Shown piece by piece: positions 37,101-48,831 of a stretch of DNA of 64,000 bases. The notes under the pieces are model-generated. The model was not told where the DNA came from. It was given only the letters and a program-made list of their open reading frames with translations, and did no database searches. The position numbers and the translations under genes were made by a program. The stretch lies in the NCBI GenBank assembly GCA_026023565.1, contig JAPETS010000057.1:1-64000 (forward strand). The letters are read 5' to 3'. This stretch comes from Cirrosporium novae-zelandiae. Taxonomy: Eukaryota. The number at the start of each line of letters is the position of its first letter. Positions within the stretch are counted from its first letter, which is position 1.

Positions 37101-38104
37101 CCTGGCTAGCTCTTTGGCCTTGTGGATTTATTCTACTTTTCGGATTTGAAAGTTGGCTTGGTATCTGCACAGATGAAAGGGAAGATATGTATCTTCAGGT
37201 TGTTCTTGAGGGAGGCGGTTTGGAAAGGGAACCTATGGTCTGGTGCATATCTTCCCTTACTCCAGATTCTCTCAAGCCTCAGGAGCTCGTTCTCCATCCT
37301 CAAACATGTCCCAATGATTTGAACAACAAGGTAGGTATGGAAAACTTGTACCTACCTACCTTGTATGGAAGTAGAAAACGTTGAATTGGGCAATGCCTTC
37401 CTGCTGCAGGTTACGTGGTTGGTCTCGGGTTGACCATGACCCAAAAACCAATTGTGTGACCTTGGATTTCTTTCCTGTCTGCTGGTTGTGTATTTGCACT
37501 ACTTGCACTACCACACAGGACCTTCAACTTTTCCGATTCTTTTTTTTAGATAGCTGTCATAATTGTTAAGATTCTTTGACCTTGTTCTTGCTATTCGTTT
37601 ATTCATTTATTCAACCATTCAATTCTAGTATACCCAATTCACCGGCATATTCCGATTTATTGACCCTATTCCACTCTTTACTATCTGGAAGTCCAGTACA
37701 GGTGCTGGTGACCTCAAGGGCTCTCGAACCGTGAAAGTGAATACCTCCATGTGGACGTCTGAACACCGAAGTCACGAACAACAGCCTATGGGCACTGGGA
37801 TGTTTGAGGGTGTCATTTTTAGGATCTATGTATGAGTACGCATTGCTCTATGGCGTCAGGTTGGCCCGTCCTTTGATATAGATATAACCAAAACTTGATA
37901 GCTGATTAGGTGTAAGCCTTGACCTTGACTCGTACTTTCAAGTTCAATAGCTAGTGAAATATCTGGTGCCAGTGGATCATTCAAGATTTTATGAAAGCGT
38001 GTTCTGGTTCCCTTCCGGGTTCCTTCCAGTTTTTTATCATATTCACTTCAACAAGAATCGACCACATCTTCCTTCAGTTCCTCATTTCACTTTCAGCAAA
38101 CAAG

Positions 38105-39805
38105 ATGGATATTGTACATTTATTAAATCCGACCTCACCACCTCCTACAAAAACTAATAGATCGTGCGGATCATCATCACATCTTCCATCCAACATTATA
38201 AGCCATCCTATATCAGCTACTAGAGAATCTCCGATTTCTCAACCACATGAAAGTAGGCGTCTACCTCAAAGCGACTCTCTTGCATACCGGTTTGCTTCAA
38301 GACACTCTGAAAACTACCAATCTTCTACGCAACCTCCACGATTCAGGGAAGTTCCTGAGTCCCATTCTACGTCCACGACCCTTTTGAAGCACGAGCCATC
38401 TTACGAGTCATCTTTTGGGCCATCCCAGGGTTTTCTTCCGCCTTTCGAAAAGCCTGCCGATATTACTCGGGCAAATTTCAGCGTCCCTACATTAAATTCG
38501 CCACAACCCAGTTCTAGTGGTGGCTATCAGCACCAGTTACAAGACAGGTACCCGATACTAGCGACCAGCCATAATAACACCTGCTCGGTGGATTCCCATT
38601 ATCCACTCTCTACAGTGATGCCCCCTATGTTAACTTCCACATCTGCTAAGGGGAGTAACTTTCACCATATTTCTTCATCTAAGAGTTACCCGGACAGAAC
38701 TTTGATCAACAATATCCCTCAACGGTATACACCCTCTATGGATTCGGAAACCACAACTATAGGCGAGTCAGGTAGCCCGAACACTCCTCACAGCAGAATG
38801 GGAGAAGAGGCCGAAAAGACAAGTGACGAGGTGCCTGAAGCTATTGAACAACCATCACAGAATACGTCCGGAATTCCAACCTCTTGTCCTTCTAGAACTT
38901 CTTGTCATACCTGTTTGTTCATGCCGAATTGCGATCTAACAGACACGGACTTTCGCAAAGTGGTATCGCACATATTTGGTCGAAACAAGAAACAGACTAA
39001 GACGATCCCAGAACAGGCATTTATTTATTACTGTCGCCCACATTATCAAAGAACTCGTTACAGGAACAAGGAGACTTGGGGTCTAGTACAACATGACCTC
39101 ATCTTACAGCAACTGAAGCGCTTTCGAGTTATTGATTCGATTATTGATTTCGATGTTATTTTCAGAGCACGCGAAAAACAGAAACAAATCGAAGAAGATT
39201 CAAAACTTGCAGACCAAACACGGGAGCAAGATCGAAAGCGAAAGCACGGTCGAGATGATGATAAGATTAATGTCATCATCACTAAGAACCCAAAGGTCCT
39301 CACCAAGGCTCCGGAGGTCCTCGTTAAGAGTTCAGAGGAGCACATCAAGAAAGCAAAGAGGAGCACTAGGAAAGCAAAGGGGACTCCGAAGACTCTGGAG
39401 GAAATCCAGAAGGAACGCATGCCCACAAGCTCCTACCTCAAAGGTTACATGGGAAAGCGGAAAAGCTACGATGACCTCAAAGAGATAATGAACGTGATCT
39501 GGGGGCACATGCAGACGTTTCCAGACAGCCGGATGGAATTTCCCGACATCGAATTCCTCCCCAATGTCAAGGACGAACAAAACCAGTCGAGCTTAACCAG
39601 CGGCCAGGCCCAGCAGCTTGGGCAACTTGACATAGAGGTTTATAAGGTTCAGAATAAGGAAGAAGAGGCTGAGATGTTTGGGGGTGTGTCTTTGTCATCA
39701 AATCCACAATCTGGTGAGGTGGTGGACGTGCCTGGACTGAAGGAGGAGAAGGAGGAAGCTCCCCCTAGGAAGAGGCGTAGGATGAATATGAAGAAGACGG
39801 GTTAG
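38105..39805 (+). CDS. Fungal-specific uncharacterised nuclear protein (SHIFGRNK...CRxHYQR family)
   Basis: Within the 604-aa ORF 37991-39805; the likely start is MDIVHLLNP at 38105 (CAAGATGG context). Core CLFMPNC...RKVVSHIFGRNK..TK.IP....YYCRPHYQRTRYR...FPDIEFLPN. C-terminal NLS PPRKRRR. Confidence 0.75.
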   Translation: MDIVHLLNPTSPPPTKTNRSCGSSSHLPSNIISHPISATRESPISQPHESRRLPQSDSLAYRFASRHSENYQSSTQPPRFREVPESHSTSTTLLKHEPSYESSFGPSQGFLPPFEKPADITRANFSVPTLNSPQPSSSGGYQHQLQDRYPILATSHNNTCSVDSHYPLSTVMPPMLTSTSAKGSNFHHISSSKSYPDRTLINNIPQRYTPSMDSETTTIGESGSPNTPHSRMGEEAEKTSDEVPEAIEQPSQNTSGIPTSCPSRTSCHTCLFMPNCDLTDTDFRKVVSHIFGRNKKQTKTIPEQAFIYYCRPHYQRTRYRNKETWGLVQHDLILQQLKRFRVIDSIIDFDVIFRAREKQKQIEEDSKLADQTREQDRKRKHGRDDDKINVIITKNPKVLTKAPEVLVKSSEEHIKKAKRSTRKAKGTPKTLEEIQKERMPTSSYLKGYMGKRKSYDDLKEIMNVIWGHMQTFPDSRMEFPDIEFLPNVKDEQNQSSLTSGQAQQLGQLDIEVYKVQNKEEEAEMFGGVSLSSNPQSGEVVDVPGLKEEKEEAPPRKRRRMNMKKTG

Positions 39806-41950
39806 GGGGTGATTTATCTGATGGGTGGATCGATGTGGGGAGTTGGGAGTTTGGGAGTTTGTATATTGGATATCGGCATGGATTATTTGTCATGAACATG
39901 AACATGATGGATAATAGATATGGGTTTCTTGGGGGAGGGGGGGTTTTATAAATGGATATCGGCGACGACATGGAATATTGATGTGAACATGATGGGTATG
40001 GGATATGGGTATATGTTTTGGGGAGGGCATAGCGCGCGCGAGATAAATCTGTGGTGGCCTTTTTTTTTCTTTTTTCTTTCTACTCATGAGCTTGGATGTC
40101 TTGAATTGATCTAGTGACTTTTTTGATATATCTATGGGCTTTTTTTTTTTCTGCTTTAGTTTTTTCTACGAGATTGTACTTGTATTGTACATGTATACGA
40201 GTACATATTAGGTAGTCTATAGGTATAGGCATAAGGTATAAAATCCATTAGTCCCCTCAGATTTTTAGAATGAGTTGCATTGCGTTCGCGAAGATGTTTG
40301 TCACTCACTCCATTAAATAGATTCAGGGGGATATGTATGTATGCATGCATACATCTATCTATATGGAAGTCCCCAATTCAAATCCACCAAAATACCAAAC
40401 AACGCAAGACAAGACAGACAGATAATTTTTTCTGTGCTTAGGAAGTAAATAGTATAAAAAACAAATTGGTGTTGAATTATGGAGAGAGAGAGAGATAGAT
40501 ATAGGAATAGTTAAAAAAACCCCCAAAGGACAAGCAAAGAACTAACTACAAGCAAAACCACACACACACACACGCTCCCTCCCTCCCTCCCCCTCTTCCC
40601 CAGCTCCAAAGGGACAACCTAATATAATTTAATGTAATCGTCATCGTCATCGTCATATTGTATTGTATTGTATTGTATTGTATTGTATTGTATTGTAGTT
40701 ATAGTTTGTAGCCCCCCCAAGAACCCTACCCATCCACGTGCTACCTACCCACCTACCTAAACATTCCATCAACAAATTAATTAACAAACAATTAGACTAA
40801 CAAATCTGTGCATCATCAGAAACACACACCAAACTAACCAGCAAAAAAATTATTATATTAGTACTAGAAGAAAAAAAACTGCTTTCTTTTTATTGAACTG
40901 TTATAAATTTATTTAGGATTAGGAGTTCTAGAGAGACTGATTGAGTAATTACTTCGTTTTATTGTTGTATTTGATTGTATATATACATATGCATGTACTA
41001 CGTTGCCTTGCTGCTATGATGGATGGCGTGACGGACGGCATTATTACATTGTTTCCCACAATGACATGACTGAGCTTAGAGCTTGGCAAAGTGAGTGAGT
41101 GACATTCAAAGGGACTAGTTCTTCTGAGTGATGGGGTGGGGATTTTAGATACACACTGATTGACTGGACAATCGACAAAATGGGGGGAAGGGCTATAAAA
41201 CCCTTGCTCTTGCTCTCGCTCTCGAGCTCCTTGGGGGTAACATAATATAGCTGGAAATGGGGAAATGGATGGAGATACCACCCCGATAAAGTTTTGTTAG
41301 TTAGTGTGATGTGTGGTGTGGTGGTTGAGATTGAGATTGGGGGTTTTTTTGGATATATAAATATATGATATATGATTGTTGGGTGTATCTTTGTATTTTG
41401 TATTTTGTATTTTTGATGATAGGTAGGTAGGTAGGGAAAGGGAGAAGGGAGAAGGGAGAAGGGAAAGGAAAGGGGTTCTTCTTAGGTTTCTTAGAATAAA
41501 GGAGGGAGTCTTAGAGGTATTTCAATATTTGATATTCGCTCTAGTAGTGTTCATATGAAGGCCCATCCAATCCAATCCAAACCCTGGTCGGTCGGTCGTT
41601 CTCTATATCCATATCTATATCCCATTTTGCCTGCCTGTCTTGGTGGCCCTCTCATGCCTGAATGTAGTTAGTCATTTGGATAATATAATTTTTTGCTGAG
41701 GTATGTATCGGGAATAGTTTATTATTATGAAATAATGTGATGGTGATGATGATGATGATTTTAGGAGAGGAGTGAATGGATGGCTGTATGGTATGGTATG
41801 GTATGGTTATAACGTATTTAAGGGATATGGGTTCTTGGGTCCTGGGGGAAGGAAGTGAAGTTGAAGTAATTTTTTGGGGGGGAATTTGTAAAGCGGGGTG
41901 ATTTTTTTGTTTTTTTGATATCTATGTAGTAGTACTAAGATGAGTTCTTG
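39806..41950. repeat. Mixed simple-sequence-repeat island 4
   Basis: (TATTG)x8 at 40656-40695, (CA)n, (CCCT)n, (GA)n, (GGGAGAA)n, (GTATG)n, (GAT)n and poly-T tracts. Confidence 0.85.
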
Positions 41951-43234
41951 GCTTGACTTTCTGGGCTCTCCTACCTAGCCTTTAGAATCCTGATATGTGG
42001 GATATTCATATCTTAGAAGATGCCTTTCCGATGGCAACTGATTGCTATGGCCTATGAATGCTTAATATATGCCCTACCTAATAAGCTTTATTGTCGACTT
42101 GAACATGCCATGGCTGGCTTGGACGAGACCCAGAGCATATATATCATAGCTGAGATCAAAGGAGCTATTCCTATATATTCGTTAATTCAACGTTTGCCTC
42201 TTACCCATTTTCGAGTTTAGAGAAATAGATATTTGGTATTAATCTAGATACAAGGGTTTCGTGCATCTAGGGTTTGTTAATGGAGTTCAAAACCATTCAG
42301 ACATGATTGGTGAGAATAGTTGCGTGCTTTGAAGATCTAAAATAGCCATTGGTGCAACCCACGGATCGGTCTTGGTGCCTGTATCAAGTACCCTAGGAAA
42401 ATTTCGGAAAGTACTGTCGTCTGATATTGGAGTTTGGCTGTTGTAAACAATTCATGAACAACAAAGATTGGCAAGAAATTGCAAGGAAGAGGTGGTAGTG
42501 AGGCCTGGACTTCTCCCGGTTAGATATTTGCTAGTATCAATCACGTGGATTTCACAAGCCGTAGCGAAAGCCCACCATATGCTATCACACTGGCTGTGTC
42601 AAAGCCCCATCCCCGTTATCCGAATGGTTGCAATGGAAATCATAGCGCACTGCCACATTAGTCGCATGCTAACATCTATCCAAGTATCAAGTGCTATAAC
42701 CCTCTTAGCTTTCGGTACAGGAGCTCATTCTCCATCTTGGCCGAAACCCTACTCGAGATTGTTTCCAAACAACCCAAAGCCCAGCTCTCCCTGGTTTATT
42801 CATTCTTTAGCATCTCATTTTTCTTAGCAGTAGCTAATTTCTAGTCTCTAGCACAGCTAGACTTAATTAGAGCACGATATCAGAAGTCGATTAACACGAG
42901 ATAGTGAGGATCCACTAACGGCTGTAGATGTGAATATAAAGTCAATGAAAGTAGCAATAGCATCATTGCCATTCTACAAAGACAAAGGTGAAATGTCCTA
43001 AAAATTTAGTAAGATATCATGCAATAGACTCAAAATATATATAAGTAGGATATTATGGATATACCATTCGATCCAACACAGACTTTATTGAATTAGCCCA
43101 GCCAACTCTATTGGTAATACAGGGCATAAACCTCAGTCAATCTGATCGCCGACCCTTAATCGTACAGTCCTTCATCTCCTCAATCAAGTGTAAGCATGAA
43201 AGCTAGAGTTATCATTTCGTTAGGCATCGACAAA

Positions 43235-44273
43235 CTACCAAGAATAATATTGCCTTTGAGCCGTAATGGGTCGATCAGGCAGCTGCACCCACAATTTTCT
43301 ATTTTTCCTCTTTCTCTCTCTTTCCTCGTGTTGCCGTATTCGCGTCTTCTCTTCTTTCAATATCACTGTAAGACTTGTGTGTGGATGTTGTATAATACCA
43401 ACACGTCCTCGCGCTTTGACATCAGCACTCTTTTGCCAACTTCCTCGGCCAATCCATGCCTGATCTATGTACATTTCGGTGGGATTGTTGACCTTTTTCT
43501 TCCGTCCGTCTTTGAGTTCAATAGTAATGGGAGGTTGTTCTCCTGTCTCAGGGTCATGTTTCCCAAGTCCCATTCCACGTGAGACCGTAGCAAGGTCTTT
43601 TGCCTCCTTGAGGTGTGAAAGTACAGCACGAGCGGCCCGCTTTTTGGAATACCGCATCTGAAGAATGGCATCATCGACAGTTTTGCCTGCAATTTGACGA
43701 GCTAATGGACCAAGCTTTTTGATTGAAGTGGGAATCCATTGTGACTTATGTAGCAGTTCACGTTCAGTGCGCATTAGAATTTCTTTCTTGTTAAGTCGCC
43801 CACGGTTCCGGATAGAGTGTATGACCATCCGGCGCTGCCACCGTTCACGAACCTCGGGAATAGGGTCAAGAACAGGGGCCATAGTTACGGGGTCACGGAA
43901 AGTTTCCCCGGGCGGTTTCTCCCCTTCGCCTTCAGGTGGTGTATCCTCGTCGGCGAAGATAGATGATGATGCTAGATCACCTTGCTTTGGAAGTGGTTGT
44001 TCAGCGGCCTGGGCCTTCCTTCGGGCCTTAAGGAAATCCGCAGTGACAAGCTCGGGGGGGGGCTCGACTTTCGATTTAGTATCCCCGGCTCTTTTGTTTC
44101 GTTTGAAGAAGTTAAAAATAGTTCGATTGGAAGTATATGGTAGGTAAGAGGGTTGGGAGCGGAAGCTTGAAGACACTGTGATGGAGGTTAATATATAGCA
44201 ATGACAACCATAGAAATAGTAATTGATTTTTACCAGCTTGTCCGCATCGCCATAATGGTCGACTGAGACTCAT
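43235..44273 (-). CDS. MRPL22: Mitochondrial 54S ribosomal protein uL22m (2 exons, ~326 aa)
   Basis: L22 core TSIKKLGPLARQIAGKTVDDAILQMRYSKKR...MYIDQAWIGRG...ARGRV..I.HP.TSLTVILKE, ending LPDRPITAQRQYYSW. Short exon1 44273-44234 (presequence-like) and exon2 44175-43235. Confidence 0.93.
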
Positions 44274-44681
44274 TTTAGCCAAGGTCTTCAATTATGACGT
44301 GGAGAATTGATTTGAAGAAGTAGAGTTGTTTAGTTATAATCACAATGAGATTTCCACCATATCCGATATTCGTGCACGGTGCAGAAGATTGACGCCTTAG
44401 CGCCTTATGCCTTAGACCTTAGGCATCGATTATCAGGATATTTTACCTAAACGTCAAGCTATAACTAGTAGGGCTGAATCTAGACTGCTCTAACCCAAAC
44501 ACTCGCTCCTTCAACCACTATCGAACAACCGTTTCATTATACATTCTACTTTATTGTTTTATCAGTACATCCTATGCTTCCATCTCTTTTTCTCCTTGTG
44601 TGTCGCTATGTGGTTTTAACTCTGAGCACGAACATTAAAACTAGAAACGTCATTTGAGCTCTCTCCAGCGACTACCCGATT

Positions 44682-47600
44682 ATGGATATCAACTCGCTCT
44701 TGTCCCCGTCCGAAACCCCAGCTTCTGGGGCGTCTACCCCCAGTGAAAATCACCCAAGAAAGGATGTGCGAAGAGATACATCGTCCTCCTTGAGACGTAG
44801 TACGGCTTCCTCGCCTGCTCTTCAAGATTCCACCCAAGCTTTACAATCGCCTTACTTTGCAGTTTCGCAAGTCCAGCAAGTTCCTACATCAGGTCCTATC
44901 ATAAGTCCAATACGAGATCTTTTATCGCACGATGTCAATACCTCTCCAGCGGTCGATAACCACATCGGCCGACAGCCTTCCACTCCAGGCATGGACACTT
45001 TAGCAGAGTTAGCTTCCATGCAACAGAATCAGAGTTCTGCGAGGGTCAATACTGGAGGTCTCAAAAATCCAGATTCATATGAAACTCAACTTTCTACTGC
45101 GACACTCCATCCAAGCCCCAATCCCTTACCATACAAGTCATCGGACCTCCCAGTGCTCGATGAAGATTTATGGGTCCAACAAATTGAAGATGGACGCCGC
45201 GCAGCTAAGACCACTGAAGATAGACTAAGTCTCATGGAGGAATGTGGGCGAGTTGCTGATGAAGAAGAGGTCGGAAGTGTTAAGCTGTGGTCTGCATATG
45301 GCGAATTAATGTTATACCTTTACGATGCGGCTCATGGTGCCGACGACACTTGGTCTGAAGAAGATAAAATTATTGGTATAGAAATATTCAACTCGCAGTC
45401 AGTTATTGACGTTTGGAAGAATGGAGCCATGGCCACAAGATATCGAATCAATGATAGTAATCTTGTCTGGGACCGGTACATAGATTTAGTCTTGAAGGAC
45501 CTTGAGAAGGGGGCACCTAAAAAAAAGGTGGACGAAGTGAAATCTGAATTTTTGAGCCGTTTACAGATTCCTCATGCTACATGGGGCCAGACATTCCAGT
45601 TATTCTCAACATTTATTTCGACCTATGATAATCAATTATATGAGGAGATCATGGTCTCTACGAACGAATTAGCCGCGTCTGCGAAATCAAAATATAGCCT
45701 TCGAGAACCTATGGAACTCAAACTCCAACAAGCAGTTGAAGCTGAGGACAAGGCTGCCGAGAGGGCTGCATTTTCCGAGTACCTTGAGTGGGAACAAAAT
45801 CAGAATCGCAAAAGAAATAAGGCTTACAGCTCCCACCTCTGCAATGCGCTTTTTGAGCGAGCGCTTCTTCGATTCCCGAAAGATACGGATTTATGGCTTG
45901 ATTATCTAGATTTTATCACCAGGATATCTCGTGAGCACGATTGTCCGGTATCCGGCCTCGAAGTTCTCGAGCGATCGACAAGACACTGCCCCGGGTCTGG
46001 GGATTTATGGGAACAATATCTTTTATTTCTTGAAAACGAGCAGAGACCCCATTCAATGATTGAAGAAATTAAACACAAAGCCACCAGTAGTGGAAAATTG
46101 GAACAGGGACCAAGTGGTATGGACGAAGTTATTAAGGTACATGCAGCTTGGTGTAATTATCTTAGACGCAGAGCGTTTCGACATGATGGCGAGGACGAAG
46201 ATATCGATGTTGCTGAGATGGGGATACGGTCGTCTATGGAAGACGTTCAAAGCCTAGGGGAAAAGAAGTACCAGATGGAAAAGTATGGCACTTTCCCAGG
46301 AGATCCCAGGTATCGGCTAGAACAGATCTATGTGAAATTTCTTAGCCAAAGAGGCTCCTGGGACAGTGCCCGGCAGGTATGGAAAGACCTGATACCCAAA
46401 TGGGGGGATAATTATGAATTTTGGCTAGGTTTCTATGGGTGGGAGATGGTCACTTGGGGTAAAGCGGTCACATTGGGTCAGCAAAGGAATGAGATCAACG
46501 TGGCAGTTGCACGAAGACAACCCTGGCCAAGCGATGCGACAGGAGTTTTAAAGCAAGCCATCAAACGCCCCAATCTGGACTGGCCGGAGAAGGTCCTCGA
46601 AATGTGCAGGATGCATGTTGAAAACCACGAAGATGTTGATGAGGTTCAACTTGCGCTCGCTCAAATCAGACAAGCCGAGAAAGCAGTCAGAAGGAGAAGA
46701 GAAAAAGAAACCATCGAGGCTGCCATTGCCGCTCAAGGCTACCAAGAAGCTACATCTGTTGATCAGATAGCTTCTGCTACACAACATATGGCTAACGGCA
46801 AGAGAAAGCGAAATTCCGATTTAGATATGGTTGACGAAGGGGCCCATAAGAAAAGTCGGCCCGATCAGGCCGAAGATCAAGATGTACGTATGGAGGACCA
46901 ATCACTATCTGCACCATCTATTGTCAAGAGAGATAGGGAGAATGCCACTGTCTTTGTGAAAAATCTCTCAGTTGGCACAGACCCTGCCAAGGTCCGGCGA
47001 TTTTTTAGAGATTGTGGGATAATCAACAGTCTCAATCTCAATACAGAGCCAGATGGGTTGTCGGCAACAGCAATCATTGAATTTGATTCGAAGGAGGATG
47101 TACTGGCAGCCAAGACGCGCGATTTGAAAGTTTTTGACGGAAATGAACTCGAAGTCCAGATCGGGACTGGCTCGACTCTTTGGGTAACGAACTTCCCGCC
47201 AACAGCCGATGAAGCTTATATTCGACGCCTATTCGAACCTTATGGCGAAGTTGTTGATGTTCGCTTTCCCTCATTAAAGTACAATACTCATCGTCGATTT
47301 TGCTATGTCCAATTCCAGTCATCGAGCCAAGCTAAGGCTGCAGCAGAACTAGATGGGCATGCTGTGACTGAGAAACTGAAACTTGTGGCAAGGGTATCCG
47401 ACCCATCCCGCAAGCAAGAGCGGAGTGGTGCTGTCTACGAAGGCCGAGAAATCTATATCTCAAATGTGGATTGGAGTGCTACTGAAGATGAGCTTAAACA
47501 GATCTTCTCTAAATACGGAAGCGTTGAGCGTATTAGGATTCCAACGAAGCTCGATGGCAAAAGCAAAGGATTCGCTTTTGTCACCTTTTCCACCAAAACA

Positions 47601-48407
47601 GAAGCTACAGCTGCACTCGACATGAATATGACAAAATTCAAATCTCGCATACTCAACGTGGAGATTTCGGAGGCTAAAGGCGCGAAACGTCAAGCAACTA
47701 CCATCATCAATTCTGCGGGTCGGTCAACAGCTTCGCCGACTCCAGATACGCTTGTAAATGAAGATGATGCATCCTCACCCGGTGCCACAAGTACCGCATC
47801 CCTCTCCAACCGTCCCACAACCGACGAAATCCGCGCTCGAACCATGGCTCTAATTAATATTCCTGATACCATCAATGATACTCGCATCCGTGCACTCGCT
47901 GAACCATTTGGTAATCTTGTCAAAGTCACTTTAAAGCCAGATCATCAAGGGGCTATTATCGAGTTCTCCGATACAGGTGCTGTAGGTAGAGCATCGCTCA
48001 GTCTGAATGGGCATGAGATTGCTCCGGGAAGGAAAATACAAGTAGGAACTGTATCGGAGATGCTGAAACAGAGAGCAGAGATGAAGACCGATCGGCTCGT
48101 TGTTGGTGTTGGCAGATCAGGGCATAATAATTCCGGAAACCATTCAACCGCAAAGTCATCAACACCATCGTCCTTACAATCGGCCATGCCAATTAGGCGA
48201 CCTGGACAACCCAGCGCAGGAAGAGGTCGACGGGGCGGATTGGGCCTCAAGAGAGGACCTCCTCGTGGTTCAGGCCTCTCTCACAGCAATGATGTCCACG
48301 AAAAAATGGATATTTCTAATGGCCGTATCCAGAATACCCAGACAGGGTCGGAAAAGCTAAAACCTAAAAGTAACGAGGATTTCAAGGCCATGTTCTTGAA
48401 TAAATAA
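44682..48407 (+). CDS. PRP24: U4/U6 snRNP recycling factor Prp24 (SART3-like: HAT repeats plus 4 RRMs)
   Basis: HAT repeats (LFERAL..FP...DLWLDY, LERSTRHCP.SG.LW), KRDRENATVFVKNL, RRMs (TLWVTNFPP, RRFCYVQF, KGFAFVTF) and the C-terminal Lsm-interaction motif KSNEDFKAMFL. Confidence 0.93.
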   Translation: MDINSLLSPSETPASGASTPSENHPRKDVRRDTSSSLRRSTASSPALQDSTQALQSPYFAVSQVQQVPTSGPIISPIRDLLSHDVNTSPAVDNHIGRQPSTPGMDTLAELASMQQNQSSARVNTGGLKNPDSYETQLSTATLHPSPNPLPYKSSDLPVLDEDLWVQQIEDGRRAAKTTEDRLSLMEECGRVADEEEVGSVKLWSAYGELMLYLYDAAHGADDTWSEEDKIIGIEIFNSQSVIDVWKNGAMATRYRINDSNLVWDRYIDLVLKDLEKGAPKKKVDEVKSEFLSRLQIPHATWGQTFQLFSTFISTYDNQLYEEIMVSTNELAASAKSKYSLREPMELKLQQAVEAEDKAAERAAFSEYLEWEQNQNRKRNKAYSSHLCNALFERALLRFPKDTDLWLDYLDFITRISREHDCPVSGLEVLERSTRHCPGSGDLWEQYLLFLENEQRPHSMIEEIKHKATSSGKLEQGPSGMDEVIKVHAAWCNYLRRRAFRHDGEDEDIDVAEMGIRSSMEDVQSLGEKKYQMEKYGTFPGDPRYRLEQIYVKFLSQRGSWDSARQVWKDLIPKWGDNYEFWLGFYGWEMVTWGKAVTLGQQRNEINVAVARRQPWPSDATGVLKQAIKRPNLDWPEKVLEMCRMHVENHEDVDEVQLALAQIRQAEKAVRRRREKETIEAAIAAQGYQEATSVDQIASATQHMANGKRKRNSDLDMVDEGAHKKSRPDQAEDQDVRMEDQSLSAPSIVKRDRENATVFVKNLSVGTDPAKVRRFFRDCGIINSLNLNTEPDGLSATAIIEFDSKEDVLAAKTRDLKVFDGNELEVQIGTGSTLWVTNFPPTADEAYIRRLFEPYGEVVDVRFPSLKYNTHRRFCYVQFQSSSQAKAAAELDGHAVTEKLKLVARVSDPSRKQERSGAVYEGREIYISNVDWSATEDELKQIFSKYGSVERIRIPTKLDGKSKGFAFVTFSTKTEATAALDMNMTKFKSRILNVEISEAKGAKRQATTIINSAGRSTASPTPDTLVNEDDASSPGATSTASLSNRPTTDEIRARTMALINIPDTINDTRIRALAEPFGNLVKVTLKPDHQGAIIEFSDTGAVGRASLSLNGHEIAPGRKIQVGTVSEMLKQRAEMKTDRLVVGVGRSGHNNSGNHSTAKSSTPSSLQSAMPIRRPGQPSAGRGRRGGLGLKRGPPRGSGLSHSNDVHEKMDISNGRIQNTQTGSEKLKPKSNEDFKAMFLNK

Positions 48408-48479
48408 CATATATAAAACGTGTATTTCTGAGAAACTGGCGTCCGGTCTGAGAATAAAGCATAGCACTACTTTCAGGAA

Positions 48480-48800
48480 AGTAATGATATTGGCTTAGCT
48501 TTACATTAGGGAATGTGCAGGTGCAGGCACAGGTGAGAGGGGAACGGGATCAACCAGGCAGATACGCGATTACCATCCACTCACTCACTTATCCTATCTA
48601 TCTATCAGTCGATCAAGGGGAGAGAAAGAGGCACAAAAAACAACAATAACCAATTAACGGACGGATGGATGGATGCAAGGAAGCCTTTTGACTAGAAGAA
48701 AGGAAGTAAGGGGCAGGAAGATATCTAACCACGGCAAATGGGCGAGAGTTTCTAGGGAGTGAATTGAATTGAAAAAAGGAATCGCGAATATGTAATATAC

Positions 48801-48831
<31 letters not shown>

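Noticed and set aside
37991..38104. Longer N-terminus of the 604-aa ORF
   Set aside because: ATG 38105 has a better context and a typical MDIxxLLN start; the upstream stretch looks like a pyrimidine-rich leader.
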